DNA of 64,000 bases. Origin: Malacoraja senta. Its lineage: Eukaryota. The notes under the pieces were generated by a model. The model did not search any database. It saw only the letters and a program-made list of their open reading frames with translations, and was not told the DNA's origin. The stretch is taken from the NCBI GenBank assembly GCA_038087875.1, contig CM075989.1, forward strand, positions 7,938,001 through 8,002,000, in the 5' to 3' direction. Position 1 is the first letter of the stretch. Each line of letters starts with the position of its first letter. Positions 13,153 to 25,291 of the stretch are shown in pieces. A program made the position numbers and the translations under genes.

Positions 13153-15127
13153 CTTTTACTTTATACAGATGATGTAATAATATACAAAGTGCTTATGGTA
13201 CAATAGCTAACCAAACATATTTTCCTTACTATTTACTAAGAGCGACAAGGTGAAAAACATTTAATAAAATGTACACATCTATTCAAAAGTTTTCACAATT
13301 CACTTTAGCGGCATTTGGTTCATTAAAAATATCCATAATCGCTCTGATTTATTATATTCTTCACCATCATCTTCATCGTTCCTGGAGAAAACAACTCAGT
13401 GGGAGTGGGAAGGAACTGCAGATGCTGGTTTAAACAGAAGATAGACACAAAAAGCTGGAGTAACTCAGCGGGCCAGACAGCATCTCTGGAGTAAAAGGAA
13501 TAGGTGACGTTTCGGTTTGTATGGCTGATGTCAGACATTTGAAAGCGGAACCTTCTGTTCCTTTACTGAAGGATAAAGTAGCACTGGAGGGACCCCAGAG
13601 GAGAAACGCCAGGCTAATTCCTGGAAAGAGGGGGTTGTCTGATCAAGATAGGCTTGTTAGTCCTTGTATTCCTTGGAGTCCATTTGGTTGACTACAAGCA
13701 CCCTGTAAAATTCTAAAAGGGCCTGATAGGGTAAAGGTTAAAATCTTGTCTTTAATGGTAGAAACGCAAGAGAATGTAGCTGCAAAATTAAGGGCCAATT
13801 AAAAAACGTTGACAAGTGGAAATTTCTTCTGAGGATGGTGAATCTCTGGAGTTTTTTGCCTAAAGGTTGTGGAGTCTAGCTCATTTAAAGTGAAGACAAA
13901 TATTTTTAAGATCAATAAATTTGACGGTTATAGAGAAATAGCGCAAAAGACCAGCATAAATCAGCCATTGAATGACAGGACAGACTTGAGTGGCCAACTC
14001 CTGCTCCTGTTTTCTGAACAGTAGCCATTTTCTCCCTTTCTTTTGCTCAAGGCAAACGGGAACTGCGACTTTAGAAAGACATTGCACATATTGACAAAGG
14101 GGTTTCTAAAATATATCAATGCCTTATTATGCCTCAATATTCATATAGATTACCTCTGACAGAAGTTCAGTTTAAAAAAAACACACTGCCAAAGGACACA
14201 GCAGCTGAGTTGACCATGTTCCTTTGATTGCTGTCCAACAACCTGTCCCTCTGGGGCGTACATGACGGGCTCAGGTTTAGTTCCAATCCCTGTCAACATT
14301 AATCTATCTACTAAAAGGAAGCTCAAGTAAAAGAAACCAGAGAAAAACCCAAAGTTCTGGCCACCCAAATAATTATTCTCATTTCGCCTATTTCCACAAA
14401 AAACAAAGGTTTTCAAAGCAGGGGTTATATTTATCTGGGAAAAGGGGTGTAAATCCAAGTACTTTCCTGGGAGGAAGTTGCTACATTCACACGTTGAAGA
14501 TAGTTCAGGAGGAAAGAAAATGGAAAGACAATCAGAATAAAAAGTGAAAGGATCCTTAAAAGCAAGCCTGTTAAATCTTTCCTGAAAATATTGCATCCTC
14601 TCAATTCTAGTTTTTTCAGATTGGACAAACTTTTTGTCCCAGGAATTAGCCTGGTGAATCTCCTTTGGATTCCCACGATTTGCTCTTTCTCAGGGATTTC
14701 TAAACCCTTTTAGTAACAGTGGTCAGGCACTGAATTGTGCTCATACATTATAGAACTGGATTTGTCTAAGTTTTGCTGTTGGCAAAGTAAAGCACAGGCA
14801 AATTACCGGTGTCGTTGGGTGTTTCGGGTCTGAACTACTCTCCATGCTATCTTTGTGATCTCCAAAGGCTGCTGAGTTTCAAAAATCAGAGGCTATTAAG
14901 AAATCTTGACACTCTTCAGTGAAGTAAATGAGTCCATGCCTCTGTGTACGTGCTCTAATGTATGGAAACATTGCCCTTAAAGAAAAATCACAACATATTT
15001 CCTCTCATAGTATAGCCTAGTCCTGCAAGTTCCATATAGTTAATAAAGGTCTACAACTGACTAATTAGCAGCAGAAAAACAGAGGATCCACAAGTGACTG
15101 CAGATTTCAAAATCTGGTGCAACAGAC

Positions 15128-15132
<5 letters not shown>

Positions 15133-15162
<30 letters not shown>
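15133..15162. repeat. (AAT)n microsatellite, tail of a minus-strand retroposon (to ~15425)
   Basis: Directly visible. Confidence 0.85.
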
Positions 15163-15163
<1 letters not shown>

Positions 15164-15524
15164 ATTTTATTTATGGGCGCCTTTCAAAAGTCTCAAGGAC
15201 TTACAAAATTTAGCAAAAACATGTAAGCGGAATGAAATAAATAGTAAAGACATCACCAGTACACAAATTAAAGACAGAATTCAATCCAAAGACAAAAATC
15301 AAAAACACAATATGAAGAGAGCAGCGGCAGCTAATCCGAGCCAGCGTCCACTCTCCCTTCCGGCAGCCATCTTGGATACAGAATAAAATAATCATTTACA
15401 CACAAAAAAAACATCCCCCCACAGTGGTTACCACTGTGGGGGAAGGCACAATGTCCAGTCCCCAAACTATGGGAGGAACCTGGCAGTTTAAGGGGGATGT
15501 GGGGTGGGAGATTGCAACCTTCAC

Positions 15525-15647
15525 GTGGTCCACCGTGTTTCAACGAATGCAATCAACCTGGCGTGCACAAACAGAAGATCAAACAGAACAAGTTGTCTTA
15601 CAACTTTAGGTTGTGCACGCCATACGCAAGAAGAAGAAGAAGAAGAA
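15525..15647 (+). mobile_element. LINE 3' tip with (AAG)n tail
   Basis: Short segment ending gcacgccatacgc(aag)n. Confidence 0.55.
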
Positions 15648-16084
15648 GGGGATGTATGGGTTGGTACTGTTGACGTTGAGTGGGCCCTGCATCAGGAAGA
15701 GTAGAGATGGGGGATAACCAGTGTGGAGGAGAGAGAGCGAGGTCAGATGGTGACCTACAGGTGATTGGTGGACAATGGGCAGATGGAGCCAGGTGGATGA
15801 TAGACAAAGACAGTGGGGGGGGAAAAAGCAGATGGAGCTAGGTGGATTGGAGGAGAGTGTGAAAAGCTGGAATAAAGGCTACCAGTGCTGGAATCTGATG
15901 GATAAGGAAGGTGATAAACAGGAACCACCTGGGGAGAGGGGAGGAGCAGATGGAACCAGAACTAGGTGGGGGAGGTGGGAGCCAGTTGGTAGAATGTGTG
16001 GGTTAGAACCATGCGGGTAGTAGGAGGAGAACAAAAAATGGATATTAAGGAAGGGGGTGAGGGGCTGGGTGGAAGCAAACACAC

Positions 16085-16680
16085 TAGAACAGGACAGGAC
16101 CTTCGGACCACAATGTCCATGCATTTGAACATGATGCCAAATGAAACTAATCTCCTCTGCCTACATTTTATCCATATCCATCCATTCCTTACACAACCAT
16201 GCACCTATTCAAAAGCCTCTTAAACACAACCATCATATCTGCCTCCACCACTACCCCTGGCATTATGTTCCCGCCACTCACCACCCTCCGTGTAAAAACT
16301 TGCCATGTACACCTCCTTTAAACTTTTCTCCTCTCACCTTGTCCCCATATCTATGCCTCAATTTCATAGACTTCGAACAACTCTCCCCTCAAGCCACCGA
16401 CACTCCAGAAAAACCAATCCAAGTTTGTCCAAGCTCTCTGTATGGTTAATACACTCGAAAAATGGCAGCATTCTGGTAAACCTCTTCTGCACCCTGTCCA
16501 TAGCTTTCACATCCTTTGTGTAATGAGGCAACCAGAACTGCACACCACATTGCAAACATACTAAAATCAAAGTCCTATAAAGCTGCATCATGACTTCTTG
16601 ACTTATACTTAATTCCTCGACTGATGAAGGCAAGTATACCATATGCATTTTTTACCGCCCTCAGTAACTATTCTTACATT
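16085..16680 (-). mobile_element. older CR1 3' fragment
   Basis: EVMMQLYRTL..CGVQFWLPHYTKDV.AMDRVQKRFTRMLP on the minus strand, followed by a CR1-like 3' UTR. Confidence 0.8.
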
Positions 16681-16685
16681 AGATA

Positions 16686-17420
16686 TTGTGGAGTGCGCCA
16701 CAATCTGATTATTATCTGAATAGTGTCCGATTAGGAAAAGGGGAGGTGCAACGAGACTTGGGTGTCCTTCTACATCAGTCACTGAAAGTAAGCATGCAGG
16801 TACAGCAGGCAGTGAAGCAAGCAAATGGCATGTTGGCCTTCATAGTGAGAGGATTTGAGTATAGGAGCAAGGAGGTCCTACTGCAGTTGTACAGGGCCCT
16901 GCTGAGACCACACCTGGAGTATAGTGTGCAGTTTCGGTCTTGTAATTTGAGGAAGGGCATTCTTGCTACTGAGGAAGTGCAGCATAGGTTCACCAGGTTG
17001 ATTCCTGGGATGGCGGGACTGACATATGATGAAAGAATGGAGCGACTGGGCTTATATTCACTGGAATTTAGAAGAATGAGAGGAGATCTTATAGAAACAT
17101 ATCAAATGCTTAAGGGATTAGACAGGCTAGATGCAGGAAAAATGTTCCCGACATTGGGGGAGTCCAGAACCATATGTCGCAATGTAAGAATAAGGGGTAG
17201 GCCATTTAGGACTGAGATGAGGAAAATCTTTTTCACCCAAAGAGTTGTGAATCTGTGGAATTCTCTGCCACAGAAGGCAGTGGAGGACAATTCACTGGAT
17301 GTTTACAAGAGAGTTAGATACAGCTCTTGGGGGCTAACGGAATCATGGGATATGGGGAGAAAGCAGGAACGGGGTACTGATTTTGGACGATTAGTATACT
17401 GTTCTATATTCTATGCTCTA
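16686..17420 (+). mobile_element. CR1 LINE 3' fragment
   Basis: ORF QRDLGV...KANGMLAFI...RPHLEY...FFTQRVVNLWNSLP. Confidence 0.93.
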
Positions 17421-18725
17421 TACAACTGTAATAGGACCTCCTTGCTCCTATACTCAAGTCCTCTCAGTATGAAACATAGAAAATAGGTGCAGGAGTAGGC
17501 CATTCGGCCCTTCGAGCCAGCACCGCCATTCAATATGATCATGGCTGATCATCCAAAATCAGTACCCCATTCCGGCTTTTTTCTCATATCCCCTTAGCCC
17601 CAAGAGCCAAATCTAACTAACTAAAATGAAGGCCATTTGCTTTCTTCACTGCCTGCTGTTAGGCAAAGAATATTTCCTGGTACATAGGAGAACCACTTAC
17701 ACGATTGTTGCTTGTTGGTTATTTGCAGTCCCTTGATACTTTTAACAGTTTAAGTCAGAATTTTATGTACCTCCCAACAAATAAATTGTTATAAGGAGGG
17801 GGTCAGTATAACAGAGAAGAAAGTAAGGAGTTTCTCTTGTGTACAGAGGTCCAACTCTTGTGTACAGAGGTCTAACCTACTTCTGTTAGTGACCTGTTAG
17901 TGCTCCTCCTTGCTGTCTAAATCAGTCATTCTTTAAAAAGGTAGTTAGGACATTTAATTGCATCTCTCAAGGATATTATCTTTCACTTTGCTTAGGATTC
18001 AAACAATGCCATTTCCGTTTCTCTTTGGAAAGCGAGTGAACAGATGACAAAAAGTAACAAAGGAGCCTTTTCAGCAAAAAGGGAAGGTTACCCGAATGGG
18101 ATTGTTAACAGAACCACAGTCAACTTTCCTGGCTTAACAACACAAACATAGCAGCATCACAGTGCAAGGATTGTGCAAGATCTACTCAATGGGAGTGTTG
18201 TGAAACTAGGTGATAAATTGGTTTACATTTTAGCATTGCATGGCAACAGTCATAACTTTGAAGATGATGGGATTAAAAAAGCAACACAATTAACGCTGAC
18301 AATCCATAGAAAGTATACTGTCGAGTTGCATCACAGCTTGGTTTGGAAACAGCTCTGCCCAAGACCACAATACATTGCAGAGTTGTGATGTAGCCTAGAC
18401 AATCACACAGACCAGATTCACCACTGTTGACTCCATCTACACTTCATGCTGCCTCAGGAAAGCAGTAAACATCATTAAAGTCCTTTCACACCGTCATTCC
18501 TCCTTCTCCCCGCTCGCGTCAGGCAGAGGATTGCACCACCAAACTCTGGAAAAGATTCTTCCCCTCTGATATGAGGCTTCTGAATGGCCCTTCCATGAGA
18601 TAGGATAGAGTCCCAATTCTCCAACCTACCTCATTGCAGACATTGGACTTTTTCTCTGGAACTGTTACAATGCTGTGAACTATATTCTGCACTCTATCTT
18701 TCACAATGCTCTACCTATTGTATTG

Positions 18726-19182
18726 GAAAGAACTGCAGATGCTGGTTTAAATCAAAGGTAGACACAAAATGCTGGAGTAACTCAGCGGGACAGGCAGCAT
18801 CTCTGGAGAGAAGGAATGGGTGACGTTTTGGGTTGAGACCCTTCTTCAGACTGATGTCAGGGGAGTGAGTGGGACAGAGATAGAATGTAGTCGGGGACAG
18901 TAAGACTGGTGCGGGAACTGGGAAGGGGGAGGGGGATGGAGAGAGAGGGAAAGCAAGGGCTATTTGAAGTTAGAGAAGTCAATGTTCATACCACTGGGGT
19001 GTAAGCTACCCGAGCAAAATATGAGGTGCTGTTCCTCCAATTTGCGCTGGGCCTCACTCTGACAATGGGGGAGGCCCTGGACAGAAAGGTCAGATTGGGA
19101 ATGGGAGGGGGAGTTAAAGTGCTGAGCAACAGGGAGATCAGGTAGGTTAAGGCGGACTGAGCAAAGATGTTCGGCGAATCGT
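18726..19182 (-). mobile_element. Penelope-like element 3' end (GIY-YIG C-terminus plus terminal repeat with hammerhead-like motif)
   Basis: RFAEHL..PVAQHFNSPSHS...EEQHLIF..GMNIDFSNFK, followed on the same strand by ctgaagaagggtctcaacccaaaacgtcaccc. Confidence 0.88.
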
Positions 19183-19185
19183 TTA

Positions 19186-19465
19186 TACAGCGCAGAAATA
19201 AGGCCTTTGGCCCACCGAGTCCATGCCGACCAGCAATCCCCGCATATTAACACTATCCTACACACACACACACTAGGAACAATTTACATTTATACAAAGC
19301 CAATTAACCTACAAACCTGTACCTCTTTGGAGTGTGGGAGGAAACCAAAGATCTCGGACAAAACCTACACCAATACGGGGAAAATATACAAACTCCTTAC
19401 AGACAGCACCCGCAGTCAGGATCGAACCAGGATCTTGTAAAACAGCAACTCCACCTCTGTGCCTC
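19186..19465 (-). mobile_element. tRNA-derived SINE (HE1/V-SINE-like)
   Basis: Reverse-complement copy of the same family. Confidence 0.85.
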
Positions 19466-19727
19466 CCTATCTCTTATTAATTCTTTCCCTTATTAGTTCC
19501 ATAAACTCCTCCACTACCTACATTTTTGCATGGTCCCCCATATCTCCCCTATGTACTGTTTTTTTTGTTTCTCTTCTGCCTTTCATAAAATACCACGGAA
19601 ATGTTTGGTATTTTATACAGAAAAAGCTGCTGGATAAATATAAATGGTTATGAAAACACAGTCTACTGATGTCATTGTAGCCATTTACTTAACTAAACCC
19701 ACAAATGCATTAGCCACTCTTATCTAT

Positions 19728-20626
19728 AGGGAGGTTTCACGGCAGTCGGGTCACGACCCATGACCCGTACTATTGCTACGCTACGCCAAATGGATTACAC
19801 GCGATGAACTGCAGGTAAGCACTCACCATTGTTTCCAGCGTAGCGGGCCCATTAAAACCCGCCGAAATTGTCAATTTTTGCGCTGTAAATAATTATGGAA
19901 ATCGGGATAAGCGTGAGAGACATTTAGCCTCCTTCAGAATTCAAAATGTGTGGAGAAATGCCGGTAGATAGAAGCGAGAGCTGAAGGGACAACAACAGCC
20001 AGAGTGCTTGTCGAACATTGGCCATTTGCTCACTGCATTTCATCAACTAAGGCATTATTTGTGTTCTTTCTTGCTTCCTTTGGCATCTAAAAAGTTTCAG
20101 AAGGGATAAATCTGGCTGTAAAATTTTAAAATCGTCCATGGTTCTCAAGTGGGTTTTTACATACAAAAATAAAATGCCTCTAAAGCAAAATTTACAGCCA
20201 GATTTATCACTTCTGAGACTTTTTAGATACCAAAGGAATCAAGAAAAAAAACAAATAATGCCTTACCGTTGATGAAATGCAGTGAGCAAACGCGATAATT
20301 CCCAATATTTTCAATTCCGATATCTGCACGGTCAATGTTCGCCAAGCACTTTAGCTGCTGTCGTCCCTTCAGCTCTCGCTTCTCTTTACCTTCATTTCGC
20401 TTCACTTTTGGAATTCTGAATTTAGGTACATGTCTCTCACTTACCCCGACTTCCACAATTTTTTACAGCGAAACAATTCAACATTTTGGCAGTTTTTAAC
20501 AGGTAGGAAAGTACGCGTTTCTAGCATTAATAACATATACCAGAAGTGACGGATGTCCTCCAGATGGATTGAGCGGCTCCGTGCGTCAAGCCCTATGACC
20601 CAGTGACCTTACGTGCAACCCCCCCT
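19728..20626. mobile_element. non-autonomous DNA transposon with THAP remnants (ISL2EU/Harbinger-related)
   Basis: Ends AGGGAGGTTTCACG / CGTGCAACCCCCCCT flanked by AT on both sides; two inverted decayed THAP-coding segments inside. Confidence 0.75.
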
Positions 20627-20886
20627 ATAGAACATAACTCGTACTAAGGCTGCAAAATTAGTCTAGATATAGTCAGTTGCAAACTAATAAGAGGCACTTT
20701 GGAAATGTTCTCAGTTTTGAGACAATAAACAATTGCTTTTAATTCCTTTTTGAAACTTGAGGCTAATCTAATTAGCTATTAATTTCTTATAATAGACAGA
20801 GTACTACCCTTTGAGTTTTTAGTAGGTATGAACAAATGCCAGAGGCATTGTGCTGCTAAGTTTCTAACTATAAATTCTATCATATA

Positions 20887-21060
20887 GTGCCCTCCATAAT
20901 GTTTGGGACAAAGACCCATCGTTTATTTATTTGCCTCTGTACTTCACAATTTGAGATTTGTAATAGAAAAAAAATCACATGTGGTTAAAGTGCACATTGT
21001 CAGATTTTAATAAAGGCCATTTTTATGCATTTTGGTTTCACCATGTAGAAATTACAGCTG
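20887..21060. mobile_element. Tc1-like terminal fragment
   Basis: Starts (t)agtgccctccataatgtttgggaca, resembling a Tc1 TIR; no partner end was found. Confidence 0.5.
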
Positions 21061-21285
21061 TCAGCCTCTTACATATTTAAAGCTAATGTAAGTAACCCCT
21101 CTTCAATTTAAAATGTGAATGGACACAAGCTTAGAGCCATAAATTTGGAGTCAAGCCATTTTCTGTGTATATTTGATCCCAATAAGCAAAATCAATTCCC
21201 TTCTGCACTGTTTATTACCAGAATGAATTGCTCATCTAGTGAAGGTCTCCAGACACTAGAATTCCTTTAATAATTCAGTTGTGAC

Positions 21286-21309
21286 CAAAGATCATAGAGC
21301 TGATCTTTG
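21286..21309. mobile_element. 24-bp inverted-end insert with 8-bp TSD (candidate P-type transposon footprint)
   Basis: gttgtgac-[caaagatcatagagc tgatctttg]-gttgtgac. Confidence 0.75.
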
Positions 21310-21366
21310 GTTGTGACTACTACTCATGAGCAAGCCATTCACCAATTCTCTGACAGAACCAGAGAA

Positions 21367-22176
21367 CTTCAGACTGATGTCAGGGGAGTCGAAGGTGTTA
21401 TCTATCACATAGATAAGCAAGTGAATAGGTAAGGAAGTTTAAGGTGTGAAAACAGGACAGTGGGAATGGAGATCAAAGAAAAATGAAGAAAAGATCATTG
21501 TTAGTTGGGAGAAGGTCACGACAAAGCTAACAGAGATAAAATGTAGTCAGAGACAGTAAGACTGGTCGGAGAACTGGGAAGGGGGATGGGGTAGAGAGAG
21601 AGTAAAAGCAAGGGTTACTTGATGTTAGAGAAGTCAGTGTTCATACCGCTGGGGTGTAAGTTCCCCACGCGAAATATGAGGTGCTGTTCCTTCAATTTGC
21701 GCTGGAACTCACTCTGACAATGGAGGAGGCCCAGGACTGAAAGGTCAGATTGGGAATGGGAGGGGGAGTCAAAGTGTTTAGCAACCGGGAGCTCAGGTAG
21801 GTTTAGGTGGACTGAGCGGAGGTGTTCAGCAAAACGATCGCCGAACCTGCGCTTGGTCTCGCCGATATACAGGAGTCTACATCTGGAACAGCAGATACAG
21901 ATTAGATTGGAGGAGGTGCAAGTGAATCTCTGCCTCACGAAAAGACTGTCGGGGTAATTGGACGGAGTCGAGGGGGGAGGTATAGGGACAGGTGTTGCAA
22001 CTCCTGCGGTTGCAGGGGAAAGTACCTGGAGAGATGGTGGTTTGGGTGTGAAGGGATGAGTTGACCAGGCAGTTGCAGAGGGAACGGTCTCTGCGGAAAG
22101 GGGTGGAGACGGGCAGATGTGACTAGTGGTGGGATCCCGTGGGAGGTGACGAAAATGTTGGAGGTTTATGTGCTGT
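21367..22176 (-). mobile_element. Penelope-like element fragment (GIY-YIG endonuclease)
   Basis: FTCTSSNLI.CI.CSRC.LLYIGETKRR..DRFAEH...HF...E.HLIF.....P.GMN, the GIY-YIG domain of Penelope-like elements. Confidence 0.9.
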
Positions 22177-22439
22177 CTTCACTGAAAGTATAAAGCACTA
22201 TATACTGCAAATGTCTCATCTTTTTGCTCTCCCACACTTCACGGAAGGTTCATACAATGGCCATCGCAAATACCTTGGACTAGATAATCTTGACCAATAG
22301 TCACTGGTTAAGCACAGATTAGGGAATCAATCCTACAGCTCCAGATCTCCATGGCTCCACCATATACCAGTCAGTGCTTCAATCACTGATCATTGGGGAG
22401 TGAAAAATATATTCACAATTAACTGGAGGAAGACCAAAA

Positions 22440-22796
22440 GAACTAGGCAGCTGTCAAGCCTGGACAAGAGGAAAAATATTTGTCGGGTCTCAAGGTTGTC
22501 ATCATGTCTTGTGCCAGTAAATCAGGTATTACTCTTTTCGGGGGGATCATGACAGAAGCCTCCTCGTGGCGATCCCCGGAAACGATGACAAGATGCACTC
22601 TTTGACGCATCGGGCGACCTATTCTGTTAACATGTTGGACGACAACAGAAGCCAACAGCGAGCTGTGCGTCGTCTGACACACGAGGGAACAAACTCTTTT
22701 CGGAGCAGAAAATGGGATCTTTACTGTATAAACGATGGGGATACTCACATGATTGCTTGGCCCATTCTAAATTGTTGTTGAGGTGTCTCATGGAAC
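22440..22796 (-). other. candidate KLHL25 3'-UTR exon
   Basis: Strong minus-strand acceptor (catctccttttttcAG|g) at 22797 in non-repetitive sequence downstream of the post-stop donor at 25277. The lower boundary is uncertain. Confidence 0.35.
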
Positions 22797-25291
22797 CTGA
22801 AAAAAGGAGATGCCAGATTTTGGCTGAGAATATAGTACATTAAGAAACAGAAAACATTACAAAGATAAGAAAAACAAATTAATCCAACATAATAAGGAGG
22901 GTCTCAACCCGAAACGTCACCCATTCCTTCTCTCTAGAGATGCTGCCTGTCCCGCTGAGTTACTCCAGCATTTTGTGTCTACCTGTGATTTAACCAGCAT
23001 CTGCAGTTCTTTCCAACATAATATTAGTTTAAAGGGCCTCTAATCTGCCAAAAGATCAAGGAAGAGTTTAACATTCTTCATTGCGTTAAAGAGCAAGGAT
23101 GAACCTGATCTGAGATCACTGCTGTTAATACTTGAAGCTCGTATTTCATGTAGAAAAACATTAACATAACTATTCTCTTTGCAGATGTTCTCCAGTGTTA
23201 AGCTTTCATATACTTCAGATTTCAATACTTAATATTTCAAGTTTGTGACGTTAAAGTTATATGTATGCAAACACTAAACTTTTAGCTCAAGAACAGTGTA
23301 GTTGTGATATTTTGTCACAAAAAGATTCATGTAACTGGTATATCCAGGATCTATTTCCCAACAATTAGCATTGCCTACATATTTTTCTTTGTTTCAAAGA
23401 GTTCTTTTTCACGAATATTGTTGTAGAGCTCTGAGCATATATCATGATTTTTCTTCACATAGTTAGGAACAAACTCTACTGCTCAACTCCTCTAAAATAT
23501 TAACAATGGAAAATATCTGGAAAAGGAAGAAGTCACGGAATTGTGGAAATAGCAATCTGAGCTATATAAGGAAGCCTGTCAGTCAGGGAAAGTTTGATGG
23601 ATTGATATTTGTGATGAACCAAGCTATGCAAAGCTACATGCTTGAGCATCCAATTATTTATTTATTGAATTGTCCTGAAAGTGCAGTTCAGAGACAAAGA
23701 ACGCAGATTGTCAGCACTTCACCTGGCTCACATCCTCCGCCCTCTACCGCAAATAGTCTGGGCTTGGCACAATTCCGTCTGACCCTGTCTTGCTCTCTGA
23801 ACAGCTTTGGGGATGAAAAACCTCGATGTTCTCCTTGGATGCTATCCACCAGTGTATTGGGGAGTCAAAGAGGGGTTTCATGGTTCTCCAACCTCCGTAG
23901 TCCCTCTTTAGTTCCTCAATGTTCTCTGGGGTACATTTAACTTCCATGTACCCCTGCCTGCCTTCTGGTCCTCATGTCATGTTAGACTTATTTGTTGGGT
24001 GGACAAAACAAATTCAGTCCCGAGAGTGGTGAGACAATGCATTTGGGGAAGTACAATAAGAACACAAAGATACCTGGGAGGGATGGTGGAGCAAATAGAA
24101 TATCTTTTGTAAGTGACATAAAATGTGTTAATGTGGCCGTTAGAAGCAGGTTTTTTTCTTTGTCTGAAAACACAAGGAACTGCAGATGCTGGTTTACAAA
24201 AAAAAGACAGAGTTGGAGTAACTCAGGCAGCCTCTCTGGAGAACATGGATAGGTGACGATTCAGGTCAGTACCCTTCTTCTGAAACGTCACCTTTCCATG
24301 TTCCCCAGAGATCCTGCATGACTCGCTGAGTTACTCCAGCACTGTGCGTTTCTTTGTCTGTGTGTAGTTAATAGCAGGGCTCCCTGGAGGCCACACCATA
24401 CTAATGGGGAGAGAAAAGCTGAGCCACAAATCACAGACGGACGACTGGCAAAAATGAGCAATGCTGATACAGTCAGAAAGATTCCCCCAAATGCATTACC
24501 TCACAATTACAAGGATAGTTTTCCTGTCATCCCTGCAAGTTTTTTTTTGTTGTGCTTATGTATTAAGTGTAATCATTGCGTGCCATAAACAGCAATTAAC
24601 TGATTTGGAACCTGTTGCAAAAACATCCCAGAGCCAGACACTGATGATAGGGCTCGTCCTCGGCTTAGATTCTAACAACATCTTCCATCTACACAGCACT
24701 TAAAAATGTTCCGAGATGCTTCACAGGAATGTAATGTTGTTCCTCGAGCTTGCTTTGGGCCTCATTGCAAAAGTGCAGAAGTCTGGTGGTAGATCTGAAT
24801 GACTGGGGGATAATGAATTTAAATAGCCAGGGATATTATTCTACTAATCGTTTGTCCATTCCCTCCACAGATTATAGGTTGGATTACATTTTGGACATCC
24901 TCTACCCCTAACTAAACTCTTCATATGTGTGGGAAGGAACTGCAGATAGACACAAAAAGCTGGAGTAACTCAGCGAATCAACCAGGCAGCATCTCCGGAG
25001 AAAAGGAATAGATGACGTTTCGGCTAAATTACTCGTTTTTTGTGTCTATTTTCGGATTAAACCTGACCTGCCTAAACTATTTCTAGTTATTTTCCCTTGA
25101 TTATATGTATGAAAAGTCCAGATATGCCACAGTATGACTCCAGCACTGTTGCGTATTTTGTTAAAGCAATGCATAGTTCCCTATGGGTACACATGAGTTA
25201 CTCCAGCACTGGTGACTTTTGTTAAAACATAGCATTATTCCCTCTGGATACAGATACTAATCACACTCCTGACCCACCTGGGCCTCTCCTC

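Noticed and set aside
1..15000. Expected AKAP13 3' exons (human neighbour of KLHL25)
   Set aside because: No recognisable AKAP13 peptide found by eye.
17834..17878. Short tandem duplication ctcttgtgtacagaggtc; similar ones near 2372-2433 and 56069-56094
   Set aside because: Ordinary local slippage duplications.
23506..23940. 144-aa ORF and many other 60-190 aa ORFs
   Set aside because: No domain features; mostly chance ORFs or repeat-derived.
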